Positions 14,263-30,913 of a stretch of DNA of 64,000 nt are shown piece by piece; position 1 is the stretch's first letter; the number at the start of each line of letters is the position of its first letter. This stretch comes from the human T2T-CHM13v2.0 reference genome, Homo sapiens. The stretch lies in assembly GCF_009914755.1 (NCBI RefSeq), contig NC_060927.1; one strand, written 5' to 3'. A program made the translations under genes and the position numbers. Below the pieces are notes generated by a model. The model had not been told where the DNA came from. It saw nothing but the letters and a program-made list of their open reading frames with translations, and made no database searches.

Positions 14263-15448
14263 AAACAAACAAACTTTATTCTCTAGAGCAGTTTTAGGTT
14301 CACAGCAAAATTGTGCAGAAAGTACAGAGTTCTCATATATCCCTTGTCACCTATCAACATCCTGTGCTAGAGCAGTATGTTTGTAACAATCAATGAACCA
14401 ACATTGATACACCATTATCACCTAAAGTCCATCATTTACATTAAGGTTCACCCTTAGTGTTGTACATTCTATGGGTTTTGACAAACGTATAATGACAAAC
14501 CATTATATCATACAGAATGGTTTAAGCGTTCCAAAAACTCCGTGTTCCACCTATTCATCCCTGTTACCCCACTGACCCCTGTCAGTCACTGATCTTTTAC
14601 TGTCTTCATACTTTTCCCTTTTCCAGAATGTCATATAATAGAAATTATACTGTATATACCCTTTTTAAATTGGCTTCTTTCACTTAGAAATATGAGTTTA
14701 AGTTTCCTCCATGTCTTTTCATAACTGGGTAGCTTATTTCCTTATACAGCTAAATAATATCACATCATAGGGATATATCATAGTTTATTTATTCATTCAC
14801 CCAGTGAAGAACATCTTTGGTGGAGTGCATGGTAAGAGTAAATCTAGTTTTACAAGAAGCTGCCAAACTGTTTTGCACAGTGGCTGTACCATTTTGCATT
14901 TCTACCAGCAGTGAATGAGTTCCTGTTGCTCCATGTACTCACCAGCATTTGATGTTGTCAGTGTTTTGGATTTTTACAATCCTAATCAATGTGTACTGGT
15001 ATCTCATTTTTTTAAATTTGCAATTCCATAATGACATATGATGTTGTACATATTTTCTTATGCTTATTTGTCACTTGTATACCTTCTTTGATTATGTGTG
15101 TGTGTTCAGATCTTTTGCCCATTTTTTAATTGGGTTGTTCATTTTCTTATTCCTGAGTTTTAAAAGTTTTTAAATATTTTAGATAATAGTCCTTTATCAT
15201 ACATGTCTTTTGCAAATATTTTTCTCCCAGTCTGTCACTTATCATTCTCTTGACAGTGTCTTTTGCAGAGCAGAAATATTAAATTTTAATGCAGTACAAC
15301 TTATCAATTGTTCCTTTCATGAATTGTGCCTTTTGTGTTGCATCTAGAAAGATCTAAGAAGTCATTGCCAAGCCCAAGATCATCTAAATTTTCAGTCATA
15401 TTTTAGGATTTTTATAATTTTGCATTTTACACATAGATCTATAGCCCA
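14263..15448 (-). mobile_element. Old L1M (L1MC/MD-like) 3' region, continuing briefly at about 18065-18110
   Basis: agagcagttttaggttcacagcaaaattg 3' end and ORF2 3' homology (tggctgtaccattttgcattt). Confidence 0.8.
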
Positions 15449-18064
15449 TTTTTTAAATACTTTAAGTGCTGGGATACATGTACAGAAAGTGCATGTTTGT
15501 TACATAGGTATACATGTGCCATGGTGATTTGCTGCACCCATCAACTCATCATCTACATTAGGTATTGGTCCTAATGCTATCCCTCCCCTAGCCCCACAAC
15601 CCCCAACAGGCCCCAGTGTGTAATGTTCCCCTCCCTGTGTCCATGTGTTCTCATTGTTCAACTCCCACTTATGAGTGAGAACATGTGGTGTTTGGTTTTC
15701 TGTTCCTGTGTTAGTTTGCTGAGAATGGTGGTTTCCAGCTTCATCCATGTCCCTGCAAAGGACAGAAACTCATCCTTTTTATGGCTGCATAGTATTCCAT
15801 GGTGCATATGTGCCATATTTTCTTTATCCAGTCTATCATTGATGGGCATTTGGGTGGGTTCCAAGTCTTTGCTTTTGTGAACAGTGCTGCAATAAACATA
15901 CGTGTGCATGTGTCTTTATAGAATGATTTATATTCCTTTGGGTATATACCCAGTAACGGGATTGCTGGGTCAAATGTTATTTCTGGTTCTAGATCCTTGA
16001 GGAATTGCCATACTGTTTTCCACAGTGGTTGAACTAATTTACACTCCCACCAACAGTGTAAAAGCATTCCTATTTCTCCAAATCCTCTCCAGCATCTGTT
16101 GTTTCCTGACTTTTCAATGATCATCATTCTAACTGGCATGAGATGGTATCTCATTGTGGTTTTAATTTGCATTTCTCTAACGACCAGTGACGATGAGTTT
16201 TTCATATGTCTGTTGGCTGCATAAATGCCTTCTTTTGAGAAGTGTCTGTTCATATCCTTCACCTACTTTTTGATGGGGTTGTTTCTTTTTTTCTCATAAA
16301 TTTGTTTAAGTCATTTGTAGATTCTGGATATTAGCCCTTTGTCAGATGGATAGATTGCAAAAATTTTCTCCCATTCTGTAGGTTGCCTGTTCACTCTGAT
16401 GGTAGTTTCTTTTGCTGTGCAGAAGCTCTTTAGTTTAATAAGATCCCATTTGTCTATTTTGGCTTTTGTTGCCGTTGCTTTTGGTGTTTTAGTCATGAAG
16501 TATTTGCCCATGCCTATGTCCTGAATGGTATTGCCCAGGTTTTCTTCCAGGGCTTTTATGGTTTTAGGTCTTACACTTAAGCCTTTAATCCATCTTGGGT
16601 TAATTTTTCTATAAGGTGTAAGGAAGGGATCCAGTTTCAGCTTTCTGCATATGGCTAGCCAGCTTTCCCAACACCATTTATTAAATAGGGAATCCTTTCC
16701 CTATTGCTTGTTTTTGCCAGGTTTGTCAAAGATCAGATGGTTGTAGATGTGTCGCATTATTTCTGAGGGCTCTGTTCTGTTCCATTGGTCTATATATCTG
16801 TTTTGGTACCCGTACCATGCTATTTTGGTTACTGTAGCCTTTTAATATAGTTTGAAGCCAGGTAGTGTGATGCCTCCAGCTTTGTTCTTTTTGCTTAAGA
16901 TTGTCTTGGCTATATGGGTTCTTTTTTGGTTCCATGTGAAATTTAAAGTAGATTTTCTAAATCTGTAAAGAAAGTCAATGGTGGCTTGACGGGGATAGCA
17001 TTGAATCTATAGATTACTTTGGGCAGTATGGCCATTTTCATGATATTGATTACTCCTATCCATAAGCATGGAATGTTTTCCCATTTGTTTGTGTTCTCTC
17101 TTATTTTCTTGAGCAGTGGTTTGCAGTTCTCCTCGAGGAGGTCCTTCACATCCCTTGTAAGTTGGATTCCTAGATATTCTATTCTCCTTGTAGCAATTGT
17201 GAATGGGAGTTCACTCATGATTTGGCTCTCTGTCTGTTATTGGTGTATAGGAATGCTTGTGATTTTTGCACATTGATTTTGTATCCTGAGACTTTGCTGA
17301 AGTTGCTTATTAGCTTAAGGAGATTTTGGGCTGAGATGATGGGGTTTTGTAAATATACAATCATATCATCTGCAAACAGAGACAATTGGACTTCCTCTTT
17401 TCCTAATTGAATACCCTTTATTTCTTTCTCTTGCCTGATTGCCCTGGCCAGAACTTCCAATTCTATGTTGAATAGGAGTGGTGAGAGAGGGCATCCTTGT
17501 CTTATGCTGGTTTTCAAAAGGAATGCTTCCAGTTTTTGCCCATTCAGTATGATATTGGCTGTGGGTTTGTCATAAATAGCTAGTATTTTGAGACGCATTC
17601 CATCCATACCTAGTTTATTGAGAGTTTTTAGCATGAAGAGGTGTTGAATTTTGTTGAAGGCCCTTTCTCCATCTATTGAAATAATCATGTGGTTTTTGTC
17701 ATTAGTTCTGTTTATGTGATGGATTATGTTTATTGATTTGTATATGTTGAACCAGCCTTGTATCCCAGGGATGAAGCTGACTTGATGGTGGAGGATAAAC
17801 TTTTTGATGTGCTGCTGGATTTGGTTTGCCAGTATTTAATTGAGGATTTTTGCATTGATGTTCATCAGGGATATTGTCCTGAAATATTCTTTTTTTTGTT
17901 GTGTCTCTGCCAGGTTTTGGTATCAGGATGAAGCTAGCCTCATAAAATAAGTTAGGGAGGATTCCCTCTTTTTCTATTGTTTGGAATAGTTTCAGAAGGA
18001 AACTCCTCTTTGTACCTCTGGTAGAATTCAGGTGTGAATCCATCTGGTCCTGGGCGTTTCTTGG
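15449..18064 (-). mobile_element. 5'-truncated L1PA7/8-like LINE-1 (ORF2 RT to 3'UTR) nested in L1M
   Basis: ORF2 fragments in the ORF track ([27 protein letters not shown]); 3'UTR; degenerate TSD tatagcc at 15440-15446 and 18067-18073. Confidence 0.93.
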
Positions 18065-19029
18065 ATTATAGCCTATATTTTAGTTAAAGTTTGTGATGGT
18101 AATAAAGAGCTTTTAATTTTCATTTTGAAACCTTTGGTACTATTTTATTTTGTTTTCAATTGCATGCTTTGCTTTTAGAAGATGATTTTTTAAAATTACC
18201 CATAAACTTGATAATTCAAATTCTAAGCAATTATCCTAAGAAAATAACCAGAGGCTTAGACAAAGATATTCATCCAACACTATTTATGATAGTGAGATAT
18301 TATAAGCAACCCAAGTATCAAAAATTACAAGAAAAATTAAAGTATATTATACCCATTTCATAAAATGTTATAAAGCTCTTTTAAGTATTGTTTTTAAATA
18401 TTTTTTACTTTCCTGGAAGAAATTATACCAAATGTCATCATTAAAATATAGAATGTAGGTTATATTTTATTTTTATATGTTTTTATATAATATGTATTCA
18501 TTTTATAATCAGAAAAAAATTAAGATTTTTTTCCTACGGAACTGAAGTGTCAAGTGACCCTTTATAAAGACCTTTATAAAGACTTAAATGACAAATGACA
18601 TATTTTTCAGGACACTAGGCCAAACCAAAGATACGATATCCTTTCCTAATATTATGAAGTAGATTTTGGCACCCAAAGCACATTTATATGTGTAGAAAGC
18701 ACATTTATATCAGTAGAAAGTAATTAGTAGTGGTTGGTTTATTAGAGATAGAATTTAGATAATTAGAGAGAAGATTTGGGGGTTAGGAACTACAAGGTAA
18801 GGATAAATGACAGAATTATAGTCAGGAACCTGAAAAGGCTCTCCAAATATATCTGTGTAATAGAACATTTCCACAGAGTGCAAAGGATCTTCAACTTCTA
18901 AAACCCTGTGATATAAATGATTAATACATCCAGACTATCTGATGCTTCTCATGTATCTTCAGTTCAGGATAAGGGGCTACCAAATAAAACTTTTCTTACC
19001 CTTCATACCCAAATAATATGTATGCTTAG

Positions 19030-19250
19030 GTAAGAACCTTGGTATTTGTGGGATAGGTCCTGGATTGAAGTCTGAAGGCCCAAGTTTAAGTCCCAGCTCA
19101 ACTGGTTATTTATGGCATGACTTGGCTAAGTCATGTAACCAATATGGAAGTTATCTCATCTGTTCATAATACCAGCTGTGTCTCTTAACACAGAGTTATC
19201 ATGAGAACCAAATGAGATCATATATATGAGAGCTAAGAAGTGCTAAACAA
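19030..19250 (+). mobile_element. MIR SINE
   Basis: gtttaagtcccagctcaact...gacttggctaagtcatgtaacc...gttatcatgagaaccaaatgagatcatatat. Confidence 0.65.
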
Positions 19251-19317
19251 TGTATTTTATAATAAAATTTTCTTTCTATCAACAATTATTTGTTTGGCCT
19301 CCATAGCCACTTAAAAA

Positions 19318-19698
19318 TGAAGCAGCAGCGTTGTCTGGGGTAAATACCCAAGGTTCGTTGTCTCACACCAAGGGAATTGAGGAAACAGATACCACGAGAA
19401 GTGGGTTTAGGAGCAGCAGTTTAATAGGCAAAAGAAAGAGGCAGGAGAACAGCAACCAAATGGGACTTCCGGCCCACAGTGGAGTGCATCAGATTTTATA
19501 GACAGGCTTGAGGAGGCAGTGTCTGATTTACATAGGGCCTAGAGATTGGTTGGACCAGTTGTGACATTTACATAACACACAGGGAAGTTGACTACGTCAC
19601 CCTAATCTTCTTACTATGCAAATGGGCTTTCCACTTGGCTGGCACCATGTAGTCCGTTCCCTACTGCACACGTGCTTGGAAAGGAAAAGGGAAGATAG
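19318..19698 (-). mobile_element. ERV1/MER4-group LTR (MER51A-like), U3 end deleted
   Basis: Begins tgaagcagcagcgttgtctggggtaaatacc (reverse complement of the LTR 3' end); poly(A) signal region gtttaataggcaaaag; homology stops at gggaagat. Confidence 0.75.
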
Positions 19699-19700
19699 CT

Positions 19701-19731
19701 GGCTCGTTGGTCTAGGGGTATGATCCTTGCC
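19701..19731 (+). pseudogene. tRNA-Pro 5'-half fragment (nt 1-31)
   Basis: ggctcgttggtctaggggtatgatccttgcc versus cytoplasmic tRNA-Pro GGCTCGTTGGTCTAGGGGTATGATTCTCGCT: first 24 nt identical, 28/31 overall. Confidence 0.9.
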
Positions 19732-24056
<4,325 letters not shown>

Positions 24057-24057
24057 G

Positions 24058-24362
<305 letters not shown>

Positions 24363-27300
24363 TTTTTCTCTGTTTCTTGATGTCTTTTAGTTGAAGATAC
24401 TTCACTAACCACCAAGAGAAGTGGTTGAGTTAGCAGCTCTAACCAAGTTCCCTTCAAATCTTGACCTTTCTATGTTTCCCTATGACATGAGAATAAGGGC
24501 AAATACAACAGTAACCTGAGGAAATTCAGCGCTAATTCTATAAGTCATGGACCCAGTTTTAATTATATATTTCCTTAACACATAATTTGGTTTTGGGTAT
24601 GTTTAGCCAGTTTTTTTCAGGGCTCATGAGTGCCTAGAAACTACGCAGCTTTAAGTATATATCCTGTACAACTGGTTTCAAGGCATATGCATGAGGTGAC
24701 TTCATGTTTTCAGTATTAATTTCTACCCTGTCACTTAAATAGATTCTCTGGAAATATTAAAACACTATGGCAATACAAGGCAAAGGAGGCATATTTTTTC
24801 ACTGCCCCATTGCCCAGATGGTGAAACAGTGTGTCAGCAACAGAAGCAAAACCAGAGTCAAGGCCAAGTAATTAATTCACTATGCAACTTCCATTGCAAA
24901 AATATAGTAGTATTTTGGAACATGTGTTCTATAATATCCATTCTTGGCCCAGTCTACTCTGAGCTAAATGTTCCTGATATTTCCAAGAACAGCAAAAACC
25001 ATTAATTCAATTCAACTCTGTGCTACAGTCAAATCAACAGGCCCCATATTACCAATAAACATTTCTATGTAAAGCTATTAAATTCAATATTAAGTTCTGA
25101 AATTAGAATTCAGGATTTTGTAAAGTGGCAATGTTCACTATTCTCTGCATGAATCATTCAGGAAATCTGATTATAACCTACTACAGTAGATTAGTACTAC
25201 AAAGAAGGGAAAGAGGGGGTAAGAAGCCCAGCTGGAGATTTGTAGTGCTAGCGGGGGAAGAAGACTGGCTTAGATTTATTGGAGACTAATTAAGACATGA
25301 GTTAGAGCAAGCAGCTGACATCTAGACTAAAACTGGAGGCACAAATTTCAATATAGACAGAGGGAGTCAGTTGAGAACCCAAGGAAGAATAGCAGTCCAC
25401 TAGGCATAGAAGAATACAAGCAGAAAAATGTAATGATCCAGACAAGTCCTTACAAAGCCCACTGATCCAGCAACCAAGATTTCGATGAAGTACAAAAAGT
25501 GCTTGAAAACAAAATGTCTCAGTTCCAGTCTAAAATTGAAAACTCACAACATATATGATCTTAGGAGATAGTCCCTTGATCTCTCTGAGTCTCAATCCCC
25601 TCATACAAAATGGGAATTGTTTTCAAACTACTTTGCAAAGGCATGGGGAAAATTACCTATTTCATCAGAAAATATTTTGTAAAATGCAAATTGACACAAA
25701 TGTTTAGTGATGGTGATGGCATTATCATGGCTTTTGATATTACTAGTATTAATTTAATGGGATAATATTTTAAAGATTAACTGATATATTTTTGTCCTGG
25801 GTAAGTCTCATTGCCCAGTGATGCTCTAGCCATTGAGGCTGAAGTGTCCACTGCTGAAGAGCAAAATCAGCCTGAAAACAAAGGAGTCATTGCTCAACCT
25901 CAACATTCAGAATAGACTGTTTTAAGTCATAAAAAGCATGCCAGTCATGAAAGGAACTTGTTTTAACTACAAGAACCACACACTTAAGGAGGGGGAGAAA
26001 AGGTTTTCTGAATTCCAGAAGCTTTGCTGTATATTAAAAACCAGTACCTCATTAATTCAAGACATCACTTTTTTGTTTTCCTGTAAGCAGTAGAGAAGAA
26101 AAGATACAAGACACAAGGCAAAAGCAATTTCCCACTAAAAAGAACGGCCCTCAAAACCATTCCTAGTCTGGATTAATGAGTGGCAAGATAAAAAGAGAAG
26201 CTTTAGACATAATTGAGGGCTTCTGCCACATCCCCCCTTGCATCACCACATACCTGAGATTTCATTTCTGGAATGGGAGAATTGATATAAGAAACATCCC
26301 ACCCCTCAGCTACACTTTAGAATCCAAAAGCAAAAGGGACTTTTTTCCTGCTTCCACCTGGAATCCCAGGGAAATGCAATCATTCAGTGTATAATCTAGC
26401 AACATGGGGTGGCTATTGAAGAAAAAGAGAACTATAGACAGAAGGAAACAAGTATAGGAAAAGAAAGTGTTGATGAGAGCAACATGTTCCTAGAGCCTGC
26501 ATGTGGTATGGAGGAAAACCGGACATTCCCACCTACCCACACTGTGGCCTGCAGACTTGCTGAGAGGATCAGCTGACTCAAAGAGCCCTGACATGGGATC
26601 AAGAACACAAACAGACCACCAGTGGCCGTGGCAGTTCATGTGCATGTGCATCTGCATGATCTTTCGTCCCCTTCTCCTTCACTTCTCACTGAGTGGCCTT
26701 GCTGGTGTGCCTGGAGCCACTTGGCCCATGAGGCACATGGGGTCACCTGCTCCTAACTCAGAAGGTATCTTCTTAATGCATTGGCTTCAAAATCAGTAGA
26801 GAAAATAAGTTCTGTGTTCTCTAGCAGAGTGGGTATAATTTGGCATTCAGCAAATCAAATATCAAAGGAATTTTAGTCTGCTATGAACTATGCATTCTAC
26901 TGAGTGCCAAAACCAAATATAATATACAGACAGTCTTATTTTATTCTGCTTCACTTTATTGTGTTTCACAGATATTTCATTGTTTACAAATTGAAAGTTT
27001 ATAGCAACTCTGAGTCTAAGTCTATTGGCCTCATTTTCTCCAACAGCATATGCTCACTTCATGTCTCTGTGTCACGTTTTGGTAATTCTCGCAATATTTC
27101 AAATTTTTATTATTATTTTATCTGTCATGGTGGTCTATAATCAGTAATCTTTGATGTTACTATTGTAACTGTTTGGGGGCACCACAAATCACGTCCATAT
27201 AAGATGGCAAACTTAATAAATGTTTGTGTTCTGACTGCTCTACCAACTGGTCATTCCCTTCTTTACCCTCTCCTCCAGGCCTCCCAATTCCCTGAGACAC

Positions 27301-27563
27301 AGCAATATTGAAATTATGCCACCTAATAACCCTAAAATGGCCTCTAAGTTTTTAAGTAAAAACACGTCTCTCACTTTAAATCAAGAGAGTTAGAAATTAT
27401 GAATCTTAGTGAAAAAGGCACATTGAAAGTCAACAAAGGCTGAAAGCTAGGCCTCTTGTACCAGTTACCTAAGTTGTGAATGCAAAGGAAAACTTCTCCG
27501 AGGAAATTAAAAGTGCTCCTCCAGTCAACACACAAATGATAAGAATGCAAAAGAGTCTCATTG

Positions 27564-27838
27564 GGCCAGGGGCAGTGGCTCATGCCTCTAATCCCAGCAC
27601 TTGGGGGAGGCCGAGGCAGGTAGATCACTTGAGGCCAGGAGTTTGAGACCAGCCTGGCCAACATAGTAAAATGCTGTCTCTACTAAAAATACAAAAATTA
27701 GCCAGGCATAGTGGCACACACCTGTAATCCCAACTACTCAGGACATGAGGCACAAGAATCGCTTGAACACAGGAGGCAGAGGTTAGTGGAAGCCAAGATT
27801 GTGCCATTGCCCTCCAGCCAACAGATCAAGACAAGAAA
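27564..27838 (+). mobile_element. AluS-like element inside Tigger1
   Basis: ggccaggggcagtggctcatgcc...; the 3' end runs into a purine tract. Confidence 0.9.
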
Positions 27839-28026
27839 CGGAGGGGGAAGGGGGAGGGAGTGAAGGGAGAGAAAAGAAAGGAAAGAAAGAAAGGGAGAGG
27901 GTGAGGGAGAGGGAAAGGAAAAGGGAAAGAGGGGGAAAGGGGGAGGGAAGGGAAGAGGGAAGGAGGGAAGGAGGGAGAGAAGAAGGGAGGGAGGGAAGGA
28001 AGGGAAGGGAAAGAAAGGAAAGAAAG
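27839..28026 (+). repeat. GA-rich (polypurine) low-complexity tract
   Basis: About 190 bp almost entirely G/A. Confidence 0.9.
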
Positions 28027-30004
28027 TAATCTAGCAGACGTTGGCTCATGAGGTTTGAGAAAAGCCATTTCCTGAACATGAAAGTGCAAGGTGAAGAAGC
28101 AAGAGCGGATGGAGAAGCTGCAGCAAGCTATCCAGAAGATATAGCCAAGATAATTCATAAAGGTAGCGACACTAAACAACAGATTTTCAATGTAGATGAA
28201 ACAGCCTTATACTGGAAGTAGAGGCCATCTAGTATTTTCATAGCTAGAGAGGAAAAGTCAATGCCTGGGTTCAACACTTCAAAGAATAGGCAGACTCTCT
28301 TGTTAGAGGCTAACACAACCGGTGACTTAAAGTTGGAGCCAGTGCTCATTGACCATTCTGAAAATCTTAGGGCCCTTAAGAATTATGCTAATTCTAATCT
28401 GCTTAAATGGAATAACAAAGCCGAGATGCAATCATGTCTGTTTACAGCATGATTTACTGGATATTTAAGCCCACTGTTGAGACTTGCTAATCAGAAAAAA
28501 AGATTACTTTCAAAATAGTACTGCTCATTGATAATGTACCTGTTTACCCACGGGTTCAAATGGAGCTTATAAACAAGGAGATGAATGTTGTTTTCACACC
28601 TCCTAACGATATTCATTCTGCATTCCATAGATCAAGGAGTAATCTTGACTTTCAAGTCCTTTTATTTAAGAAATAAATTTCATAAGGCTATAGCTGCCAT
28701 AGATAATGATTCCTCTGATGGTCCTGGGCAAAGCAAATTGAAAGCCTTCTGGAAAGGATTCACCATTCTAGATACCATTAAGAACATTCATGATGCATGG
28801 AAGTCAAAATATCAGCACTAATAGGAGTTTGGAAAAAGCTGATTCCAAACTTCGTGGATGATTTTGTGAAGTCCAAGACTTCAGTGGAGGAAGTAACTGC
28901 CTATGTGGTAGAAATAGCAAATGAACTAGAATTAGAAGTGGAGCCTGAATTGCTGCAATCTCATTATAAAACTTTCACTGATGAGGAGTTGCTTCTTATG
29001 GATGAGTGAAGAAAGTGATTTCTTGAGATGGAATCTACTCCTGGTGAAGATGCTGTCAACATTGTTGAAATGACAACAAAGGATTTGTAATATTACATCA
29101 ATTTAGTCAATAAAGCAGCAGCAGGGTTTGAGAGGATTGACTCAAATTTTGAAAGAAGTTCTGTGTGTAAAATGCACATCATCACATGCTTTACAGAGAA
29201 ATCTTTTCTGAAAGAGAAAGTCCATTGATGTGGCAAGCTTCATTGTTGTCTTAAGAAATTACCACAGCCACCCCAACTTTCAGTGACCTCCATCCTGGTG
29301 AATATTCAGACAGTCAATCCTTTGAAGGTTTGAAGCTAGGCTTCTCTCTAGCTTTGAAAATGCCAGATAGCATCTTCTTCTATTATAAGGCTGTTTTACC
29401 TACATTGAAAATCTGTTGTTTAGTGTAACCACCTTCATCAGTCAGGGACCATCAATATCAAGGCAAGACCCTACAATGGCAAAAAGATAACTCACTGAAG
29501 GCTCAGTTAATTATTAGAATTTTTTTTAGCAATGAAGTATTTTAGTAAGCTATCTACATTTTTAGAGATAATGCTATTTCACACTTAACAGACCTACAGT
29601 AGTGTAAACATAAATTCTATATGCACGGGAAAACCAAATTTTCATGTGACTCACTTTATGACAATATTCAATTTGTTGTGCTGGTCTGAAACCAAACCTG
29701 CAATATCTGCAAGGTATGCCTGTAGATAGTGGTAGTTTCCATCTTAATTTCCTCATGGTCCTCACCCCACTGACCTAAGTAAATAAAGAAATGAGTAACA
29801 CTGTACAAATCAGCAATGGTTTCTGAGAACAATTCTAATCTACAAAATATACTGTAGCTACAAATGATGACAGAATTAATGGTTGCCCCATGTCCTCTTC
29901 TCCATGAGCTACATAAGTGTCATTTCTAGGACAACCAAATCTTCTGAAAAGTCAACAAGAAAGTAGCAAATAGTTCTGAGGGACATTTTGGATTCGCTCC
30001 AAAT

Positions 30005-30042
30005 ACACACATGCGCACACACACACACACACACACACACAC
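30005..30042 (+). repeat. (CA)n microsatellite, imperfect
   Basis: acacacatgcgcacacacac... Confidence 0.9.
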
Positions 30043-30913
30043 CCCCCACTGGCTGTTTAAAACATTTGTACAACTTGCCTACATTGTCTATTATCCCAAA
30101 ATATAAAAATAAAATAATCTCTAAATAGATTCACCGTTTGAGACTGCTGAACTTTCAAATATTGAAAAATCAAACCCTGAGTGGCAAAAGTAGGGAATGA
30201 AGGCAACCAAGCTCATTACCAGCCTGCCTTTTTGCCATTTTTACACGTACAATGAACTTAAAGGTCTCAGAGAGAGAACAAAAAACTAGGAAAGTTGAAA
30301 GTTACAAGCTCAAGCAGTTTCCATCAAACCACTTTCTTCCCAATGTGCTACATGCACCGGGCCAACCCCTTTAATGAAGGGGAAAATCCATTCTTTCACC
30401 AAGTACAGTGAAAAATAGTAGCAAAGCAAAGAACTTTACCTCCAAGAAAAAAAAAACTGCAAATGGTCTGACTCAGTGAATATTCAGGCAGTCAATAGAT
30501 AATCTAAATTTGCACCTGTTTTTAATATTTAAACACAAAAATGCACCCTAAAACAAATGTGATCCTGGTGTATTCGTATCTAAAATATTAAGTTCTCCAC
30601 TAACTCATTACTCTCATCAAACCAGCATTGGAACATTTGACTTAGATCATCTAGCTTTCAATGCAGTTTATCACCAATTACACTTTATTATGTGTTTTTC
30701 CATAAGAGTTTTAAATTTTTTAAAAATCTAGCTATATGTTATATGTACAACATGTAGTGTAATGAAAGAAAAAAGGCACTGTGAAAAGGCTTTTGGGTTA
30801 TGACACAAGCTCAGTTTGGTTCACTTTCCATCTCTTGTATTCCTCTCAAGAAGGGATCATAATTTGAGGATGAACCTTGCTTTTTTCTCTCCATTGGAAA
30901 AAAAATGGAAATA

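Larger units (their letters stand above)
26927..29722 (+). mobile_element. Tigger1 DNA transposon (TcMar-Tigger), near full length, decayed transposase
   Basis: TA-flanked termini (ta|cagacagtctt ... aaggtatgcctg|ta); transposase remnants (FNVDET region, [41 protein letters not shown]). Confidence 0.93.

Noticed and set aside
18559-18720. Small tandem duplications (ctttataaagac twice; aagcacatttatat..gtagaa twice)
   Set aside because: Ordinary slippage duplications in AT-rich DNA; two copies only, not an array.
19701-19731. tRNA-Pro match as the primer-binding site of the adjacent LTR, or as a functional tRNA gene
   Set aside because: A PBS is complementary to the tRNA 3' end and lies just downstream of a 5' LTR. 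This is the tRNA 5' half at a truncated U3 end, with no anticodon loop, T-arm or B-box.
27783-28179. Glu/Arg/Gly-rich and Ser/Pro/Leu-rich ORFs
   Set aside because: They arise from the polypurine tract and the flanking Alu/Tigger1.
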